Part shown: piece after piece, positions 45,457-52,860 of the stretch
Layout of the letters: each line of letters starts with the position of its first letter
How positions within the stretch are numbered: the stretch's first letter is position 1
Origin: an uncultured Candidatus Poseidoniales archaeon
GTDB lineage: Archaea > Thermoplasmatota > Poseidoniia > Poseidoniales > Thalassarchaeaceae
DNA length: 58,982 nucleotides
Assembly (NCBI GenBank): GCA_964618995.1
Contig: CAZUBQ010000009.1
Span: 1-58,982, forward strand
Direction of reading: 5' to 3'
Notes under the pieces: model-generated
Told to the model about the DNA's origin: nothing
Database searches by the model: none
What the model saw: only the letters and a program-made list of their open reading frames with translations
Program-made: the position numbers and the translations under genes

Positions 45457-48351
45457 TCAGCTGCTCGCTTCGACCGAAGTGCCACTGGAATCTTCAGATG
45501 AGATTTGAATCGCCTCAGTCCCTGCAGCCTTCTTCTCGTCGACCTGACGAGCGAGGAAGGAGACCACATCGAGGATCTCGAAGTCGTATCTCGCATCGCC
45601 TTCGAACTTGAGACACTCGAAGTGCGCCACGCACTTCGGGCAACTGGTGAGCATCATGTCGGCGCCGGTGGCGAGCACCTCTTCGAATCTGGCGATGCGC
45701 ACGATGCGGCTGTCCTCGTTGCATGACTGCATTGCTGATACTCCGCAGCAGCCACCCTCCTCGCGGTTGTGCTCCATCTCGACCAACTCCACACCCTTGA
45801 CCGCCTTGACGAGGTCACGCGGGGGCTCGTAGAGGTTCATGTGTCGGCCCAGTCGACAGGGATCGTGGAAGGTGACCTTCGTCTCGTCTTCGACGGCGAG
45901 GTCCACTTCGTAGCCGTTCTCGACGAGATACTCGGTTGTGTGCATCACCTTCATGTCCAGTTCGTAATCGAGCGAGAACGTCCTGAAACACTCGGCGCAG
46001 CTGGTGACCAGTGTGTCGATGCCGGTTTGCCCGAGCTTCTTCTGATTGTACGCTCTGAGCTTCTCGAACACCTCGGTCATACCCTGCCACTTCTGGTCGT
46101 GCCCGCTGCATTTGAGGAAATCGCGCCCGAGATATGACACATCCAGGTCAGCCTCCTCGAACAGGGTGAACGCCGCCGTGGTGGTCTCGCCCAGATTCAT
46201 CGAGCCGTGGTTCTTGTGGCTGAAGATCATCTCCTGGTCGAAGTAGTCAACGCACCCTCCGTAGTAACCGACGTTGGAGTCGATCGGGTAGTCCTCCACT
46301 GAGATGAAATCGTCATCGAACTCCTCCTCTGCCTCGGCGATCATCACCGCTGAGAGCACCGAGTGCGGGATGTCCGCCTCCGGCGGGCCACCCACGACGA
46401 GGTTGCGGCGGATGTCGACGTAGGTGTCGTAGTCGACCAACTGCGGGCAGGCGTTGGTGCACGCACCACAGGTGAGGCAGGAGTACATCGGCACGCCGTC
46501 GTGTTCGTTGTTCCAGGTGTTGTAGATGATGTTCAGCTTGTCACCGGCGTTGAACATGCGTACCGGACAGGCGTCGTCGCACAGGTCACACCCGTAGCAC
46601 TTGTTCATCTCATACTCGTAGCCGCGCGCCATGCCGCGCATGGTGACGTAGACGACCGCACCGACTCCCAGGCAGGGAATGAACAGGGAGTAGGTCAGTT
46701 TGGCGTCGAGGCTCTTCGGGTTACGATGGTAGGTCGGGTTCTCCACCGCCAGGGCCATCAGGGCAGCGTCATCGAGGTTGGTGGTGCCACGGTCAACTGC
46801 CATCCCTGTATCTGGGTCGAGGAACAGCGGCTGGAAGGCCAGCACGGAGGATGAGGCATCGACTGTGACGGTGGCGTTCTCTGGGGTGTTGAAGGTGGAA
46901 TCGAGTGTGAAGTCGACCGTGTATGTACCCGGAGCGAGATGGACAGTGCGCGTGACGCAGGTCGAGCCTTCCTCGGGGTCGCCCGCCAGCGATGCGACCA
47001 CCGTGCCAGCTGTATTACTGACTGAAAGGCCGAGCGTGTGGTCGCCGGCCTTACGCGTGCTCGTGCGGAAAGTGCAGCCGAGGTCCACCTCGGTCGTCTC
47101 CAGACCGAGGTCCTCGATGACCAGCGCGTATGTGCTGCTGGTGCTGTGAGTCCCGTTGGACTGGTAGGAATCGCTCAGCGCGTTGGTACCGCTGGTCACC
47201 TCTCCGGCAACGGTGTGCACCTGCTGGTGGTTGTTTGCGTCGGAGAAATCGATGATCTGTTTCTGAGTCGGTTGATGAATCGTCCAATCGAGCCAACGAT
47301 TCGCAGGTATCAGGCACCAGTCGCCCCTGTCTTCAGCATCGTCCCCGTTGAACATCTTGTCCTCCCACACAGCGTTCTCGCCACTGTTCGCGTAGGTCAG
47401 GCAGGCCGTCTGCAAATCATCCCAGTCGTGCCCCTCTTCGATGGCTACGAGCGTGTCAGAAGGCTGGCCGCGCATCGTGGCTAGATCATCGACATCGTCC
47501 ATGGCGCCGAACCCACCGAGGTCCCAGAAACCGTTGTCGTACACAGGCCAGGCGAACGCGGAGAACAGCACAGTCACGACCAACGTTCCCAAGGCGACCT
47601 GTTTGCCTAGCCGAGGAGTCGTCCTGGCTCCCGCTGACGTTACCAGGAACCAACGTATCGCGAAGTATAGCGCCACCCAGATGAAGATACCAGTCAATAT
47701 CCATGGAGAGGCGTTGAACACATCGGCCAGCCAAGGTTCGCGGACCCCGCAACTCAATCCTGCATGCGAGTTATGCAGGCAGAAATCGGAGCGGTTCTTG
47801 GCATAGATGTCGAGGAAGATGTTGATCGAATACACGGAGATGAACCAGACGTGCGCCAGATAGATGGCTCCCGCAGTTGCGAACCACGGGTCCTCCACAC
47901 CCCGCTTGGCGCGCCCCCCGAGGAACGGTGGCAGCGCTAGGATTCCAACAGGGAAGCCTGTCAGGAATGCCCCCCACCAGCCTGCGTTCCAAGAGATGAT
48001 CGGGCTGCCGAAGAAGTTCCCGATGATGCTCGGCAGCGGGATGTCGAACTGCGGCAGGTACTCTCCCCAGCGGAGGTATCCGTAGGAGAACAGCACGTAC
48101 CAGTCGGGGAACACGAAGCCGGCTTGGGCGAACGGGTCGGCGGAGTTGTGCAGGGGCGGCGGGATGATCCACGAATAGAACAGGAGCACTGCCATCATGG
48201 AGGCGAAGATGATGCTGTCACGCAGCACCTCGTGCGGCCAGAACGGATGTCCCGTGAACACCCTGCGACGCTCTTTCTCAGCGTCGCGCAACTGCTCCTT
48301 CTCGCGGATGTAGACGTCAGCGATGCGCCCGAAATTATCCATCAAACCCAT
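45457..48351 (-). CDS. fusion protein: cytochrome b C-terminal (subunit IV-like) domain + extra TM helices + ~270-aa extracytoplasmic domain + TM + HdrD/GlcF/GlpC-type Fe-S module with CCG domains
   Basis: Qo-site motif 'FPDWYVLFSYG' at aa 82-85. Fer4 motifs 'CYGCDLCDDACP' and 'CLTCGACTNACP' from aa 585. CCG-type motifs 'GGC...KCSG...SCAEC' (degenerate) and 'HDPC...GGCCG...SCPKC' (canonical). Confidence 0.8.
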   Translation of the reverse strand: MGLMDNFGRIADVYIREKEQLRDAEKERRRVFTGHPFWPHEVLRDSIIFASMMAVLLFYSWIIPPPLHNSADPFAQAGFVFPDWYVLFSYGYLRWGEYLPQFDIPLPSIIGNFFGSPIISWNAGWWGAFLTGFPVGILALPPFLGGRAKRGVEDPWFATAGAIYLAHVWFISVYSINIFLDIYAKNRSDFCLHNSHAGLSCGVREPWLADVFNASPWILTGIFIWVALYFAIRWFLVTSAGARTTPRLGKQVALGTLVVTVLFSAFAWPVYDNGFWDLGGFGAMDDVDDLATMRGQPSDTLVAIEEGHDWDDLQTACLTYANSGENAVWEDKMFNGDDAEDRGDWCLIPANRWLDWTIHQPTQKQIIDFSDANNHQQVHTVAGEVTSGTNALSDSYQSNGTHSTSSTYALVIEDLGLETTEVDLGCTFRTSTRKAGDHTLGLSVSNTAGTVVASLAGDPEEGSTCVTRTVHLAPGTYTVDFTLDSTFNTPENATVTVDASSSVLAFQPLFLDPDTGMAVDRGTTNLDDAALMALAVENPTYHRNPKSLDAKLTYSLFIPCLGVGAVVYVTMRGMARGYEYEMNKCYGCDLCDDACPVRMFNAGDKLNIIYNTWNNEHDGVPMYSCLTCGACTNACPQLVDYDTYVDIRRNLVVGGPPEADIPHSVLSAVMIAEAEEEFDDDFISVEDYPIDSNVGYYGGCVDYFDQEMIFSHKNHGSMNLGETTTAAFTLFEEADLDVSYLGRDFLKCSGHDQKWQGMTEVFEKLRAYNQKKLGQTGIDTLVTSCAECFRTFSLDYELDMKVMHTTEYLVENGYEVDLAVEDETKVTFHDPCRLGRHMNLYEPPRDLVKAVKGVELVEMEHNREEGGCCGVSAMQSCNEDSRIVRIARFEEVLATGADMMLTSCPKCVAHFECLKFEGDARYDFEILDVVSFLARQVDEKKAAGTEAIQISSEDSSGTSVEASS

Positions 48352-48360
48352 GATTACACC

Positions 48361-49236
48361 TCAATGCGGCTCCGCTATCCCTTGTACCCAGACGATGAAC
48401 AGGTGTACGATGATCAGCGCTGTGACAATGACAGGCAGGATGAACACGTGCAGGAAGTACATCCTCGTCACGGTCGCCCCCGAAAGGCTGGTTCCCCCGA
48501 ACAACGCTTTAGCGACCCATCCACCAATCAATGGCGTCGAGTTCGCCATGTTGATGCCGATAGTGGCGGCGCCGAAGGCGAGTGCATCCCACGGAAGCAG
48601 ATAGCCCGAGTATCCGAAGAAGATGGTGAAGAACATCAGACCGACCCCGATGAGCCAGTTGAGTTCTCGGGGGTTGCGGTAGGCGCCGGTGAAGTAGACG
48701 CGGCACATGTGCAGGAACACCGAGGCGACCATGAAATGCGTCCCCCAGTGGTGCAGCGAGCGCATGATGTAGCCGAACGGCAACTGTGTCATGATGAACT
48801 GCATGCTGCCATAGGCAGGACTCGGGTCACCCTCCCCTCCCGGGACGTAGTAGATTCCGAGCACGGTGCCGGTGATGATCAGCAGGATGAACGCCAGGAA
48901 GGAGATTCCGCCGAGACAGTAGAGTGGATACCAGTACCAGATGATACGCAGTTTGTACTTCTCGGCATGCGTCATCGGCATCTGCCTGTGCATGCTGTGG
49001 TAAGCGTCGCGGCTCATCGCCCAGTAGTCCTGGATGCGGAAGCGGGTGTCTAGCCAGGAGAACACCCATAGGAACAGCTTCTCCGCCAGCCCCATCCTAG
49101 TTGATGCTTCGACTGCGCGCAGAATCTCCTTGCGCGGCATCTCCTCGCTCTCTTTGCGCAGGGTGAAGGCTACGAGCACCACGATCAGCGCGATGAACAG
49201 CCACAGGAACCAGAATTGCAGTATCATCTCATTCAC
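48361..49236 (-). CDS. cytochrome b, N-terminal (b6-like) half
   Basis: Haem-ligand pairs 'LHHWGTHFMVASVFLH' (H-x13-H) and 'HVFILPVIVTALIIVH' (H-x14-H), plus 'LPWD'. Four predicted TM helices. Confidence 0.9.
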   Translation of the reverse strand: MNEMILQFWFLWLFIALIVVLVAFTLRKESEEMPRKEILRAVEASTRMGLAEKLFLWVFSWLDTRFRIQDYWAMSRDAYHSMHRQMPMTHAEKYKLRIIWYWYPLYCLGGISFLAFILLIITGTVLGIYYVPGGEGDPSPAYGSMQFIMTQLPFGYIMRSLHHWGTHFMVASVFLHMCRVYFTGAYRNPRELNWLIGVGLMFFTIFFGYSGYLLPWDALAFGAATIGINMANSTPLIGGWVAKALFGGTSLSGATVTRMYFLHVFILPVIVTALIIVHLFIVWVQGIAEPH

Positions 49237-49239
49237 CTC

Positions 49240-50115
49240 TCAATCGCAATATGTGTACCAGTCGAGCATCGCCTCGATTCCCTCTGCGGCGAAGTCGACG
49301 ACCTCGATGACATCGTTGTTCACGGTGAACGGGATGAGTGGCATTCCTACAGGTGTCGGGCCACCGGTCCGCTTGATTCCGAAGTATTGGAACACCGTCC
49401 CGCTGGCGCGGTTGCGGTTGGTGTTCTTCTCTACGACAGTGGGGTCGTAGCGGCTGGAGTGGCAGATGCAGAACAGTTTGTTGCCCCCTGAGTCGAGGCC
49501 GCCCGGCTCCCAGTTATCGGCGGTGAAGTTGTTCTCGATGAGCTGCCAGCCGGGGATGCAGCAGAGATGCGGGCAGCGGCCGAAGATGACCAGGATGTTG
49601 TTGCTCACCTTGAGAGAGGCATATGCCGAATCCTCCTCCATATCTCCACCGTAGCCGATGATGGCACCGGTCTGGTCGACGCCATCCATGAACTGGATTC
49701 TCGGCTTGTTCTGCATCGGTGGGAGATTCTTGTTCTCCTCGTGAGGGATGTAGACGACGTTCACCGGCAGCCCTGACCAGACACCCGAGGCTCCTGACAT
49801 ACCGGTTGTCGATCTTCCCGCCTCTTCCTTGAATCCTGATTCGGTCATGGTCTCGAGGTGCTGGTCACCATACCACACACTGTCCTCGGAACCCTTTGGC
49901 ACCCAGAAGCGGATTGCCGAATCGCCCCCGCCGGTTCCCGTATCGCCCATGAGCAGCGAAGCGAAGCCGATGGCACCGAGGCTGATGGCGGTGATCACGC
50001 CAGCGGCGCTGTTGAACGAGTAGCGGATGAACTGACGCCGGTCAAGCACCTGTCCAGACTCGGCTTCGCCTTCAGGTGACCAGGGCGATTTACGTAATCG
50101 GAATTCACGCGCCAT
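49240..50115 (-). CDS. Rieske [2Fe-2S] protein with a twin-arginine leader
   Basis: Tat motif 'DRRQFIRYS' with a TM helix. Cluster boxes 'CPHLCC' and 'CICHSSRYD' (C-x-H ... C-x-x-H). Confidence 0.9.
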   Translation of the reverse strand: MAREFRLRKSPWSPEGEAESGQVLDRRQFIRYSFNSAAGVITAISLGAIGFASLLMGDTGTGGGDSAIRFWVPKGSEDSVWYGDQHLETMTESGFKEEAGRSTTGMSGASGVWSGLPVNVVYIPHEENKNLPPMQNKPRIQFMDGVDQTGAIIGYGGDMEEDSAYASLKVSNNILVIFGRCPHLCCIPGWQLIENNFTADNWEPGGLDSGGNKLFCICHSSRYDPTVVEKNTNRNRASGTVFQYFGIKRTGGPTPVGMPLIPFTVNNDVIEVVDFAAEGIEAMLDWYTYCD

Positions 50116-50118
50116 GTC

Positions 50119-50568
50119 TCACACCTTGTAATCGAACCAGCTGTCCGGGTCCTTCCTGCTCATGTACTTGTTTCGCCGATGCTTGACGATGACGACATCG
50201 GGCATGACCCACTTCAGGTAGACGATACCCATGATGATCAGCGTCACCATCGTCATCCCGAAGAAGAATGAGAGTAACTGCTGGTTCCAGTCAGCGAACA
50301 ACCCGTAAGTCGTCGCACCTGCCCAATAGAGCGTCCACGCCAATCCCCAGACGAAAGTGAGCACCACCAATGCCGACTCGCCGGTCGGAGACATGCTAGC
50401 CCTGACGATCGTGCCAGGATCAGGTTCGTTGAACACGCCGTGATCGAGCGCTGAGATGTAGGTGTCCTCGTCGAGTTCAACTCCCTCCAACGCTGCTCGG
50501 GCGTCCTCGACACTGACTTTGCCGCCGGCCACCTGCTCAAGCAGTTTCATCACCATGTCCCGCTTCAT
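50119..50568 (-). CDS. two-TM membrane protein (149 aa) of the Rieske/cyt b operon
   Basis: Soluble N-terminal helix pair 'LLEQVAGGKVSVEDARAAL', then TM helices 'ALVVLTFVWGLAWTLYWAGA' and 'FFFGMTMVTLIIMGIVYL'. There is a 3-nt gap to the Rieske gene. Confidence 0.6.
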   Translation of the reverse strand: MKRDMVMKLLEQVAGGKVSVEDARAALEGVELDEDTYISALDHGVFNEPDPGTIVRASMSPTGESALVVLTFVWGLAWTLYWAGATTYGLFADWNQQLLSFFFGMTMVTLIIMGIVYLKWVMPDVVIVKHRRNKYMSRKDPDSWFDYKV

Positions 50569-50587
50569 TTGGAAAGCCTCCAGTCAC

Positions 50588-51424
50588 TCATACCTGGTCA
50601 CCTCTCCTCAGATGCTTGATGCGCAGTTTCAGCAGGTTGCTGCGCCCCTCGTAGTGGCGGCTGAACCCGAATCGCAGGAAGAAGCCGCAGAACAGAATCA
50701 CCGTGATCACTGCAGCGAATCCTAGCAGACCGAGCCAGTGAGCACGGAATTTCGCACCCATGTGGTGCAGGTCGAGTTCCCCTGAGTGCGCTTCAGGTGC
50801 GGCTATGTTGCCATCACCGGCGAATACGGTGCGGGTGCGCCCATCATCCTCGCCTTCACCGAGCGTCAGCGACAGCCGGTTCCAAGCATCGGGGGCCATC
50901 GGCGCGTGATTGCCATCGACCGAGTTTCCAGACAGCCAGATGCCAACCTCGCCGCTTTCAGCACTAGGTGCGGTCCAAATCACCACCCAGGTGCGGTCAG
51001 CGGTCAGCGCCCCTGACGCAGTGTGGGTCAGCGTGGTGGCATCGTCACCGTTCTGAACCAGTGAATCGAAGCCTGATGCGGCCGAGAGTTCACCTGCGCT
51101 GACGCGCATCGAGAAACCTCCCGTGTTCGAGGAAGTGTCAATCGAGGGGCCGCCGATGAGTTGGATTGTCAACTCGTATGCCGAGCCCGCCGTCCAATGG
51201 TACGGGACTCCGTCGAGGATGAGGGTGACGGAGTTAGAGGGGGTGATTGCGTTGTTCGTGTGGCAGGTGCAGCCGGCCGCCGCCACATCGGTTCCACCTT
51301 CAGCCTCATCACCTGTTATTCCCCCTGAACGGGCTTGGCTCGCACTGGCCAGAAGAAGCGTCAGCAACACGACTGCCAACAGTGGTCTGAGACGGCTTGA
51401 CAAACGACGCATGGAATACCCCAC
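50588..51424 (-). CDS. secreted, C-terminally TM-anchored beta-sandwich-like protein with a 'GCTCH' motif (first gene of the Rieske/cyt b operon)
   Basis: Signal peptide 'RLRPLLAVVLLTLLLASASQA', then 'AAAGCTCHTNN...GGFSMRV...WVVIWTAPS...NSVDGN'. C-terminal TM 'WLGLLGFAAVITVILFCGFFL'. No family is confidently recognised. Confidence 0.6.
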   Translation of the reverse strand: MGYSMRRLSSRLRPLLAVVLLTLLLASASQARSGGITGDEAEGGTDVAAAGCTCHTNNAITPSNSVTLILDGVPYHWTAGSAYELTIQLIGGPSIDTSSNTGGFSMRVSAGELSAASGFDSLVQNGDDATTLTHTASGALTADRTWVVIWTAPSAESGEVGIWLSGNSVDGNHAPMAPDAWNRLSLTLGEGEDDGRTRTVFAGDGNIAAPEAHSGELDLHHMGAKFRAHWLGLLGFAAVITVILFCGFFLRFGFSRHYEGRSNLLKLRIKHLRRGDQV

Positions 51425-51573
51425 CTATGGTGAATCGACCGACCTGATTCGGTCTAATAATCGTTTGCTGATGAGCCGGTCACGACTGCGCCGCAGTCCC
51501 TCGATTTCCACCATAGAAAACAGTCGACCTCAAGGCTGCGCTGGAGCGCCGTACGTGCAAAGGGCTGAAGTGG

Positions 51574-51912
51574 GTGAGCGGACCGCGGTCAGTCGAGGTG
51601 TGGTCGGTGACCGAGAGAAGGTGGAAGAACGTCTACCAATTGACTGACGATCAACTGGCTCGGCTAGACGAGGCCGAGGCGCTGATGGAGCGCCATGACC
51701 TGTCGGCTGCGGAGGTGCTTCTCAAGGAGATGGAGGAGGAGGACCCTCTCTGCATTCCTGTGCTCTCGGTACTCGGCCACCTGTACGGGAAGTATCTCTC
51801 TGAGTTTGAGAGGGCGGTCGAGTACTATGAGAAGGTGCTAGAGCGAGAACCCGACAACGCCTGGGCTCGCGATGAGCGCAGACGCTACCAAAGATACCTG
51901 ACATACGACTGA
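51574..51912 (+). CDS. small TPR-like protein
   Basis: 'LGHLYGKYLSEFERAVEYYEKVLEREPDNAWA' fits a TPR helix pair. GTG start is uncertain. It lies 43 nt upstream of the FtsZ-like gene on the same strand. Confidence 0.5.
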   Translation: MSGPRSVEVWSVTERRWKNVYQLTDDQLARLDEAEALMERHDLSAAEVLLKEMEEEDPLCIPVLSVLGHLYGKYLSEFERAVEYYEKVLEREPDNAWARDERRRYQRYLTYD

Positions 51913-51955
51913 GTCATCCGAAAGTTCAACGGTTCGCATAGCCCCGGGTGGAGAC

Positions 51956-52858
51956 ATGCACGACGGCAGCATACTCGTGGCGGGAGTCGGAGGGCTCGGC
52001 TGCCTGTGGGCGCGCCGCGCCCACGACAACTGCTCCGACTACGCCGATTTGCTGCTGGTCGATGCCGACGATCGGTCGTTCGAAGATGCTCGCCACGCAC
52101 ATTGTCTTCCCTTGGGAGACACTTCATCGCAAGGATGCGCCGCTCTTCCCGAACTGGCCGAGTCACACATGCGCCGCGCCAAGTCTCTGACCGAGCAGAT
52201 GCTGGCACCGGTCGAACTCATGCTGCTGCTGACAGGTCTCGGGGGCGGAGTTGGCACGGGTGCCGCACATGCCCTGGCGACCCAGGCGAAGCAGAGTGGC
52301 GCGCTGGTGCTGTCTGTCGCCGCCTCTCCATTCGAGGACCAACCAGCCAGATGCAATCTGGCAGAGGCCGCCCTTCCCCGCCTCGAGGATGCATCTGATG
52401 TGTGCGTGCGACTGTCGCTCGACCGACTGGCGTGGCAGGCTAGAGAGCGCGGGGCTGACTGGAGACGAGACGCCTCATGGGTGGAGGAACTTGTGCAGGG
52501 CATCGTTCTCACTCTCGGCCGCGTCGGACTGATCAATCTCGACCTGATGGATCTGAGGGCAGTGGTCGGCCACATAGGGGAGGCCACATTGTTGGTGGCT
52601 GAGGGTGATGCCACGGACCCCGAGGCGCTGTTCCGTTCAGCGCTCGCATCCCCGCTCGCAGAGCTGCAAGTGCAGGGGGCATCCGGATGTCTGCTGCAGA
52701 TCGAGGGCGGACGGCGCATGACGGTGGCTCAGGTGAACTCAGTCGCCGACGCGTTCACCCGCGGATTCAGCGACGACTCACAGGTGATCCTTGGTGCAAG
52801 GATGGCTGACGAACTAGACGGCAGCATGCGCGTTGTCGCTGTGGTAAGCGGTCTATAG
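51956..52858 (+). CDS. divergent FtsZ/tubulin-superfamily protein, core only (300 aa)
   Basis: It aligns by eye over the whole FtsZ core: 'ILVAGVGGLGC' (T1), 'LLLTGLGGGVGTGAA' (T4 signature), 'SPFEDQ', 'GLINLDLMDLRAV' (T7) and the C-terminal domain '...GCLLQIEGG...VILGARMADELDGSMRVVAVVSGL'. ATG is preceded by GGTGGAG. Confidence 0.8.
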   Translation: MHDGSILVAGVGGLGCLWARRAHDNCSDYADLLLVDADDRSFEDARHAHCLPLGDTSSQGCAALPELAESHMRRAKSLTEQMLAPVELMLLLTGLGGGVGTGAAHALATQAKQSGALVLSVAASPFEDQPARCNLAEAALPRLEDASDVCVRLSLDRLAWQARERGADWRRDASWVEELVQGIVLTLGRVGLINLDLMDLRAVVGHIGEATLLVAEGDATDPEALFRSALASPLAELQVQGASGCLLQIEGGRRMTVAQVNSVADAFTRGFSDDSQVILGARMADELDGSMRVVAVVSGL

Positions 52859-52860
52859 GG

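Noticed and set aside
51260-51271. 'CTCH' as a c-type haem attachment site.
   Set aside because: The motif is C-x-C-H, not C-x-x-C-H, and no haem-lyase or Ccm genes are in the window. It is kept only as a possible non-canonical cofactor site in the findings.
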